64,000 bases of DNA, from NCBI GenBank assembly GCA_028534125.1, contig CM052816.1, forward strand, positions 19,470,001-19,534,000, in the 5' to 3' direction. Shown here piece by piece: positions 62,315 to 64,000 of this stretch; positions within the stretch are counted from its first letter, which is position 1; the number at the start of each line of letters is the position of its first letter. The position numbers and the translations under genes are program-made. Origin of the DNA: Lama glama (taxonomy: Eukaryota). The notes under the pieces were generated by a model, which saw only the letters and a list, made by a program, of their open reading frames with translations, ran no database searches and was not told where the DNA came from.

Positions 62315-62835
62315 TTCCCATCAGTTGCTACCTATAAGGTCACACTTAAGGATTCTAACTGTTCTTCCCATAACAGAATGCTTTCCTGCTTATTGGCTCT
62401 GGGAGAGAAATGGCAAATGGACAGAAAACCAACCTCCGTAGACGTGTATAAGAAATCAAGAGTTTTCTAAGACTATAACCTGAAAGTCCTATGTCTGCCT
62501 TCTATAGGGTAAGCATATTGTCATTCTAGCTGCTATTCCACCAGAATACACCTTCACAGGTCAAACTGGATTACTCCCTTAAAATACTGGGTTATGTTCA
62601 AGTAGTAAAAACAAGAATGGTGGATTCTATTAAATATTTTTACATTTGCTTATTGCAATACTTAAAACATCAGTTTATAATTTTTGACACATTCAGCAGT
62701 TCAACAAATGCATGACTCTTTTAACCTGACCGAAGTTGTAAGTCAACACTTCACTGGAGAAAAGGTATGATGTTGCAGCATTAATTTCCGAAATGAAGGA
62801 CTGAAATTCTTTCCAACTCCCCTTTCAGTCCATCA

Positions 62836-63032
62836 CTATTCCACATGTTCCTGCTCTTGTCCTGGAATTAGCCACCGAATACTCTCAGTTCGAATGGTGG
62901 CATACATAATAAAACTGATTAAAAAGAATAAGGAAAACACAAGCAACCAGTCCACACTTTTTATCAAAGTGCTAGGAAGAGGGCCTATTTGGTCTGCTTG
63001 AGTTACCACCACATTTTTCTTGGCTTCTATAC
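62836..63032 (-). CDS. TXNDC15: TXNDC15 last coding exon (C-terminal TM helix)
   Basis: tctctttcag|GT. Translates GIEAKKNVVVTQADQIGPLPSTLIKSVDWLLVFSLFFLISFIMYATIRTESIRWLIPGQEQEHVE*, matching the recalled TXNDC15 C-terminus. Synteny with PCBD2 agrees. Upstream exons lie beyond the window. Confidence 0.95.
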
Positions 63033-63794
63033 CTGAAAGAGAAATCAGGTGTTTCAAATCAGATAGAAAATATACCTGCTACAGATATTCCTGAAGCACT
63101 CTGCATGGTATGCAAAATGATACGCAGTCTTAAACAAACACCACAGCTAGTATATCTGGGGTGGGCTTCACTTGCCTGTTGGTGTGATTTCTAATTTGCC
63201 TTTCTTCCCACCACATCAAAGGAGCAGGAATCCATTCAGCTATTCAAAGCTAAAACACTAGAATTTTAGTGAACTCACCAGAAGGGTCTTAGTCAGTGCG
63301 ATGTATGAGTTGTCTTTTGTTCTTCTGCGAGACCAAAGTTCAGTAACTAGTAAAGCTATTCTCAGGAGTCTACAGAATGTTTGCACAGGTTAAGTAATGC
63401 TAAATTCAAAACGCTTTTAAGTAATTTACTGAAAGAATTGTTCAAACAACTAACCACCACCGGGATCAGTGATTACCAACGATGCTGTGACTCCTGGACT
63501 TCACTGAGCAAAATGGCTCCCTCTCTCCATGTCAGTCCAAATGACAGTCAGGGTCTGGTATAAGACTTGCAATAACTAATCACCTGGTAACAAGCCTTTT
63601 GCTCCTATGAGGTAACTCAGCTCTCTGTTCTTCTGTGTTAGGGGTAAATAATTACATGCATGTAGCTAAGTATATATTGAAGGTGTGTTATAATTTTTGT
63701 TTACTTCCAGTGACTTTATTACAGAAAGAAGAAGGGTGCTCTTGGTTGAGACATTAAAGTTTTTGAGGAGTGAACATTTTCAACGAAGGAAATT

Positions 63795-63848
63795 TCATTC
63801 AATATCTTGTAATAACCTATAATGGAAAAGAATCTTTTGAAAAAGAAC

Positions 63849-63885
<37 letters not shown>

Positions 63886-63960
63886 AACTGAATCACTTTG
63901 CTGTACACCTGAAACCAAAAGTGTAAATGAACTACACTTTAATAAAAATAAATAAAAATA
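63795..63960 (+). mobile_element. Very short young L1 3' end with (TA)n(CA)n microsatellite
   Basis: attcaatatcttgtaataacctataatggaaaagaat...ctgtacacctgaaac...aataaaaataaataaaaata matches the other L1 3' UTRs. Confidence 0.85.
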
Positions 63961-64000
63961 TACAGTGCTCAAACTTTTACAGAATAAAAATCAGGCCATA

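Noticed and set aside
1..64000. Prokaryote-type systems (CRISPR arrays, operons, defence islands)
   Set aside because: This is intron-rich mammalian DNA with no repeat-spacer array or dense coding structure.

Overview
Mammalian genomic DNA, most likely a camelid (alpaca/llama/camel), judged from two tRNA-Ala-derived vic-1-like SINEs. The region is syntenic with the human TXNDC15-PCBD2-CATSPER3(-PITX1) locus, with all three genes on the minus strand. It holds the last coding exon of TXNDC15 (62836-63032) and the complete 4-exon PCBD2/DCoH2 gene (CDS 58601-58518, 54324-54193, 15336-15256, 14086-13991; 130 aa; CpG-island promoter; ~39-kb intron 2). It also holds the first two coding exons of CATSPER3 (8423-8323, 6812-6659). 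The rest is intronic or intergenic: young 5'-truncated L1s with TSDs, old L1M/L2/MIR, a solo LTR and a decayed RPS15A retrocopy. I found no convincing novel gene system, and most ORFs in the track are repeat-derived or chance. The most interesting observations are: (1) a perfect-consensus, in-frame alternative donor 87 nt past PCBD2 exon 3; (2) a 92%-identical ungapped pair of ancient L1 3' fragments 54.8 kb apart; (3) a duplicated CRE-like TGAGGTCA in the CATSPER3 promoter; (4) repeat-poor, Hox/Pitx-motif-rich blocks in PCBD2 intron 2 that are candidate PITX1 (PelB-like) enhancers; (5) splice phases that would allow an in-frame PCBD2-CATSPER3 read-through. Gene and repeat-family names come from memory, not from database searches, and old-repeat boundaries are approximate.
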